This document shows positions 28,174 through 32,000 of a stretch of DNA of 32,000 nt, piece by piece. Source of the stretch: Nitrosopumilus maritimus SCM1 (lineage in GTDB: Archaea; Thermoproteota; Nitrososphaeria; Nitrososphaerales; Nitrosopumilaceae); NCBI RefSeq assembly GCF_000018465.1, contig NC_010085.1, positions 600,001-632,000 of the forward strand, read 5' to 3'. Positions within the stretch are counted from its first letter, which is position 1, and each line of letters begins with the position of its first letter. The notes below the pieces were generated by a model that saw nothing but the letters and a program-made list of their open reading frames with translations, ran no database searches and was not told the DNA's origin. The translations under genes and the position numbers were made by a program.

Positions 28174-29472
28174 ATGAAAACTAAGCTTTTGATAATTTTT
28201 GTATCTCTTGGTCTGTTTGTATCAATTCCTTATGCTTTTTCTTCTGAACCTGTAGGTATTCTTGTTCATCCTCCTCCATTAAAACAAGTTCAATTAGAAA
28301 TTTCATTACATGAAATACAATGTAATGGTGATCGTACTTTGATTTGGCAAAAAGATACTTTGAAACCTGCTTGTGTTTTTCATGAATCTGAATTAATTTT
28401 TGACAGGAAATGGGCTAAGATGAGAATTGGAATGCCTGCTGAAGAGATAACTCAAGAAAAACTCTGTTTATGGTATGCAGATAACCTACCAAAATATTTG
28501 AAACCCTACTGTATATCTGAATCTAAAGTTTTGCAAAGTGACTCCAAACCTCTAGTAGTGATGGTTGCACCATCAATTAATGAAGAGTATTATCGAGAAG
28601 TTTTTCACGACATTATAGATTATGACATACAAACTGTCAACACAATATATGGAAAAGACAATGTAGTATTGCTTGTAGATAAAGAAACAAAACATTTGTT
28701 TGAAGGAAAGATTCCTGATGATGCTTTACTTGAGGCAAATGTTGCAGATATTTGGATACGTGATTTTGGAACTGTAGATACCATGACAGAAGTAAAATTT
28801 GATTTTAAACCTCAATATCTGACAAATGAGGATTCTGTCTGGATTAATGACAGTTTTGAAGATTGGTATGATCAAAAAAATCTATCTGGTAAAAAATCTG
28901 AATTAATCTTAGATGGCGGGAATCTTGTCTTTAATGGAAAAGACAAGGCAATAACTACTGTAAGAGTTTTTGAAGATAATCCTCAATATGATGAATTAGC
29001 GATTGATTCCAGATTAAAGGAATTACTACAAGTCACTGAGATTGCCTATCTTCCTGAAGAAGAGGGTGACATTACAGGGCATTCAGATGGAATGGTGATG
29101 TGGGCAGAACCTGATAAATTACTAGTCAATGAATATGAAGAACCTTTTAGAAGTCAGGTATTGGGAGAACTTGAAGCATCATTATCTGGAGTTGAGATAA
29201 TTGAAATTCCTTATGTGAATCAGAATGAATTTTGGAGGGACTGGCCTTCTGCATGTGGGTATTATCTCAATTCTCTTGTAACAGATGATTTCATCTACGT
29301 TCCCGTTTACGGTTTAACCGAAGATCAAATGGTGTTGGAATTGATTCAATCTCATACTAGTAAGGAAGTAATCAGTATTGATGCATCAAATGTTTGTTTT
29401 ATGGGTGGAAGTGTTAGATGTCTTACTTGGACTGTAGATGGATTAAATGCAGAAAAAATCCTTGAACACTAA
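28174..29472 (+). CDS. Exported agmatine deiminase / bacterial-type peptidylarginine deiminase family protein
   Basis: Preferred start at 28174 gives signal peptide MKTKLLIIFVSLGLFVSIPYAFSS. Family motifs ADIWIRDFG, GGNLVFNG, TGHSDGMVMW, nucleophile GGSVRCLTW. The track ORF starts upstream at 28072. Confidence 0.82.
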   Translation: MKTKLLIIFVSLGLFVSIPYAFSSEPVGILVHPPPLKQVQLEISLHEIQCNGDRTLIWQKDTLKPACVFHESELIFDRKWAKMRIGMPAEEITQEKLCLWYADNLPKYLKPYCISESKVLQSDSKPLVVMVAPSINEEYYREVFHDIIDYDIQTVNTIYGKDNVVLLVDKETKHLFEGKIPDDALLEANVADIWIRDFGTVDTMTEVKFDFKPQYLTNEDSVWINDSFEDWYDQKNLSGKKSELILDGGNLVFNGKDKAITTVRVFEDNPQYDELAIDSRLKELLQVTEIAYLPEEEGDITGHSDGMVMWAEPDKLLVNEYEEPFRSQVLGELEASLSGVEIIEIPYVNQNEFWRDWPSACGYYLNSLVTDDFIYVPVYGLTEDQMVLELIQSHTSKEVISIDASNVCFMGGSVRCLTWTVDGLNAEKILEH

Positions 29473-29473
29473 C

Positions 29474-29986
29474 TTATCCGTACATTGATTTTTCAGTTGT
29501 TTCATCTGCAGGATTTGACTGTCCTGCAAAACCACTAAAATTTGCACGAAGAATTTTTTGAATGTGTGCAGTAACCCTTGCTACATTATCCCAAACATCA
29601 TGAAATGACACTCTGTTTAGAACTTGCTCATCTACATGTGAAAATATTGCCAAACCTGCAATGTTTTCCTTATCTTTGACCCATTGATGTCCAACATTAC
29701 AAACTGTACATATTTCACTGATGTCCATAACTGCTTTTGAAAATGATGGATTTTTCATTACCAATAATTTTGAATCATCTGGTGGAAATCTCATATTTAC
29801 ATTCAAATGAATTCTATCTGTTCTGTTTGCATTTTTACTTACAATAACATTTGTTCCAACTCTAAATTGCCATTCAATTAGATTACTTTTCTCTCTAACT
29901 TTTTCTGTTTGATCTTCGTAATTGATGTTAGTTACTTTGATAAAATCTTCTACAAGATCTTTCATTTCGTCAGAAGTCTTTGTCAT
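29474..29986 (-). CDS. Conserved-looking hypothetical protein
   Basis: 170-aa ORF with normal composition, convergent with the deiminase gene (1-nt gap). Confidence 0.65.
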   Translation of the reverse strand: MTKTSDEMKDLVEDFIKVTNINYEDQTEKVREKSNLIEWQFRVGTNVIVSKNANRTDRIHLNVNMRFPPDDSKLLVMKNPSFSKAVMDISEICTVCNVGHQWVKDKENIAGLAIFSHVDEQVLNRVSFHDVWDNVARVTAHIQKILRANFSGFAGQSNPADETTEKSMYG

Positions 29987-30036
29987 GAAACCACTCAGAA
30001 TATCTGTAATATATGCATGTTATAGAAAAAAGAGAT

Positions 30037-30174
30037 TTAGTGGCTGTGTCCACAACCGCAGGAGTCATGTCCATGACTACCTTGTGATTCCTTTCCGTCA
30101 CATCTAGAGCATTTGTCTGAACCTGTTGCAGAGAAAAATCCTATGCCACAAGAGACACATTTTTGATTTGCCAT
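30037..30174 (-). CDS. Tiny Cys/His-rich metal-binding protein (not in the supplied ORF track)
   Basis: 45 aa by my translation: MANQKCVSCGIGFFSATGSDKCSRCDGKESQGSHGHDSCGCGHSH*. Two CxxC pairs plus an HGHDSCGCGHSH tail. Confidence 0.72.
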   Translation of the reverse strand: MANQKCVSCGIGFFSATGSDKCSRCDGKESQGSHGHDSCGCGHSH

Positions 30175-30213
30175 GGGTTTAATGAAAAATTACTGTATTT
30201 ATTGAATACTGAT

Positions 30214-30555
30214 TTATCCGCTTGGTCTGGCGCTTCCTACTTCGCCTTTCTTTTGGAATTTTCTGTATTCACCTATTACTCCACTACATTTTTCACAGAC
30301 ATATTGCCCTCTTTCAATTAAGATCAAATTGTCTGCAACTTCTTCATTAGGACTTTCTTCTAACTGAATTTTTGGTGGATTATCAAATTCTGTTTCACAA
30401 TTATTACAATAGTGTTTGAGCATTTTTTCAGTTTCAATTTTTCCAATTGGAGCCAAAAATAATTTTCCAACACCTAGATCTGCTTTTTTAGCTTGCTCAT
30501 CAGTAAGGTCTGCAATAACATATCCTCCAGAACCTTGAACTTTTAATTCTGCCAT
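30214..30555 (-). CDS. Zinc-finger-containing hypothetical protein
   Basis: 113 aa. CNNCETEF...YVCEKCSGVIGEY, two CxxC pairs. Confidence 0.7.
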   Translation of the reverse strand: MAELKVQGSGGYVIADLTDEQAKKADLGVGKLFLAPIGKIETEKMLKHYCNNCETEFDNPPKIQLEESPNEEVADNLILIERGQYVCEKCSGVIGEYRKFQKKGEVGSARPSG

Positions 30556-30632
30556 TTCACATTGTTCTTTTTTTAGTTATTAAAATACTATTTGTGATAA
30601 AATGATGATTGTTGATAACAACGAGACACACG

Positions 30633-30682
30633 GAAAGCGTATTTTTTTCCTAGGACGTTGACCTAACATGAAACGCTTTCCA
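30633..30682. other. Possible structured intergenic element: 9-bp stem GGAAAGCGT/ACGCTTTCC with nested TAGG/CCTA hairpin
   Basis: Arms at 30633-30641 and 30674-30682. Nested arms at 30652-30655 and 30663-30666. Flanking 7-bp AACGAGA/TCTCGTT pair at 30621-30627 and 30716-30722. Confidence 0.4.
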
Positions 30683-30789
30683 TACCATCACTCTACGACG
30701 CAGAACAACGGTTTTCTCGTTATATAATATACGTCAAAATGATATTTAACAATGATCATGATTATCACCTGATGCCAACCTTGTATTCA

Positions 30790-30978
30790 TCATGAATTGA
30801 TGAACACTTTGGAATTTGATACAGTTATCATTTCTGCCATTGCAATTGGAATTTTTTCTTTTTTTGCAACATCTGCCAATTCGTTTTGGTGTTCTTCTCT
30901 CAAATGTTTTAGAAATTCTTCTTCTTCGATGTTGTTCTGTTTGAAATTACATTCTGGAAATACACAGTTGAAATTCAA
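30790..30978 (-). CDS. Small C2H2-type zinc-finger-like protein
   Basis: 62 aa. CVFPECNFKQNNIEEEEFLKHLREEH (Cx4C...HxxxxH). TTG start overlapping the upstream stop. Confidence 0.65.
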   Translation of the reverse strand: MNFNCVFPECNFKQNNIEEEEFLKHLREEHQNELADVAKKEKIPIAMAEMITVSNSKVFINS

Positions 30979-31094
30979 TTTTTACTCTCTAACTCTTTGA
31001 TTTTAGCCTCAAGTTCTTGAATTTTTTTTCGTAATTCTATATTTTCATCTCGAAGTGAATCTATCTCTCTTTGGTGTATTTCACTAAGATCCAT
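30975..31094 (-). CDS. Micro-ORF encoding a short coiled-coil peptide (not in the supplied ORF track)
   Basis: 39 aa by my translation: MDLSEIHQREIDSLRDENIELRKKIQELEAKIKELESKN*. Heptad-like pattern; 4-nt overlap with the downstream zinc-finger gene. Confidence 0.55.
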   Translation of the reverse strand: MDLSEIHQREIDSLRDENIELRKKIQELEAKIKELESKN

Positions 31095-31180
31095 AATTTT
31101 TCTCATCTGTCTGTAAACTTAAGCGTAATGTTTGCTTTCTCAAACCATAGGTTCTTATCTAAAATTTCTCAGCAAAATTC

Positions 31181-32000
31181 ATGGATAAAATTAAGCAAAA
31201 TTCTCCTGTTCTGTTCTACTTTAATCATTCAAAAAAATGGCTCGTTAAAATATCAAAAAAAGACTCCCTTCATACACATATTGGAGTTATCAAACACTCT
31301 GATGCTATTGGAAAAGAATATGGTTCTAGATTAATCACAAACAAGGACAAGTATGTCTATCTTCTCAAACCAACAATGTATGACTATGTAATGAAAATCC
31401 AACATGGAACTCAGATAGTCTATCCAAAAGATATTGGTTACATTATTGCAAGAGCTGGAATAGAGAGCGGTCAAAAAATTTTAGAAATCGGAACAGGTAG
31501 TGGCTCACTTACATCTTGTGTTGCAAGTATTGTAAAACCACGTGGACATGTCTACACATTTGATGTTGATGAAAATTTCATGAAGATTGCAGAGAAAAAT
31601 ATCGAAAAAGCTGGAGTTTCAAAATATGTAACACAACACAATCAAGATTTGAAAACTGCAAAGAAGATGCCTCTCAAAGACATGGATGTTGCACTAATTG
31701 ATCTTGGTGATCCATGGATAGTGATTCCTCAAGTTCGAGAGATGCTAAAGGGCAGCGGTTCTATTTTTGCAATCTGCCCTACAATGAACCAATTGGAGAA
31801 ATTGACTATGACTCTAGTTGAAAATGAATTCACTGATATTGAATCAACTGAACATATTTTGAGAACCATCGAAGCCCGTGAAGGAAAAACAAGACATTCA
31901 TTTCAAGGCATAGGTCATACAACCTATCTCTGCTTTGCAAGAAAGGCATTTTTTGGCAGAGATGCAAAGAAATCTTCTTCAAAAACTAGCAAGCCTACTT
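31181..32000 (+). CDS. trmI: tRNA (adenine-N1)-methyltransferase TrmI family, 3' truncated by window end (not in the supplied ORF track)
   Basis: My translation contains YPKDIGYIIARAGIESGQKILEIGTGSGSLTSCVASIVKPRGHVYTFDVDENFMKIAEKNIEKAG...MDVALIDLGDPW. Confidence 0.88.
   Translation, partial: MDKIKQNSPVLFYFNHSKKWLVKISKKDSLHTHIGVIKHSDAIGKEYGSRLITNKDKYVYLLKPTMYDYVMKIQHGTQIVYPKDIGYIIARAGIESGQKILEIGTGSGSLTSCVASIVKPRGHVYTFDVDENFMKIAEKNIEKAGVSKYVTQHNQDLKTAKKMPLKDMDVALIDLGDPWIVIPQVREMLKGSGSIFAICPTMNQLEKLTMTLVENEFTDIESTEHILRTIEAREGKTRHSFQGIGHTTYLCFARKAFFGRDAKKSSSKTSKPT

Noticed and set aside
29922-30107. Plus-strand ORF of 61 aa
   Set aside because: It overlaps the 29474-29986 gene and the 45-aa Cys/His-rich gene on the opposite strand; no features.
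30602-30608. C-box-like ATGATGA suggesting a C/D sRNA
   Set aside because: No matching CUGA D box at the expected spacing; insufficient evidence.

Overview
Visually AT-rich archaeal DNA. Its gene content (Thi4, CofE, archaeal phosphoglycolate phosphatase, DRG-type GTPase, TrmI, USP/CBS proteins, many small zinc proteins) looks like a marine ammonia-oxidising Nitrososphaerota (Thaumarchaeota, Nitrosopumilus-like) chromosome; this taxonomic placement is inference. The left 8 kb looks like an accessory surface-polymer island. It starts with a tightly packed three-gene module: a PEP-synthase/dikinase-like kinase, a class I glutamine amidotransferase (C26 type) and an NTP/CTP nucleotidyltransferase. 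This set matches the enzyme set for CDP-phosphoramidate synthesis in Campylobacter capsule (glutamine kinase, CTP:phosphoglutamine cytidylyltransferase, gamma-glutamyl-CDP-amidate hydrolase). Two non-sulfatase alkaline-phosphatase-superfamily proteins and a CDP-glycerol-glycerophosphotransferase-like protein follow. This is my main candidate for a previously undescribed archaeal system. Other highlights: a 542-aa collagen-like protein with 124 consecutive Gly-X-Y triplets; next to it a 126-aa histone-H1-tail-like Lys/Arg/Ala/Pro protein built on 84-bp tandem repeats; a Cys-type (suicide-like) Thi4; a signal-peptide-bearing agmatine/peptidylarginine-deiminase-like protein; an HPF/RaiA-like small protein next to USP and CBS genes; a phosphoserine-phosphatase-like HAD with DVEGV instead of DxDG; three tiny genes absent from the ORF track; and one possible structured intergenic RNA. 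I found no rRNA, convincing tRNA, CRISPR array or transposase.
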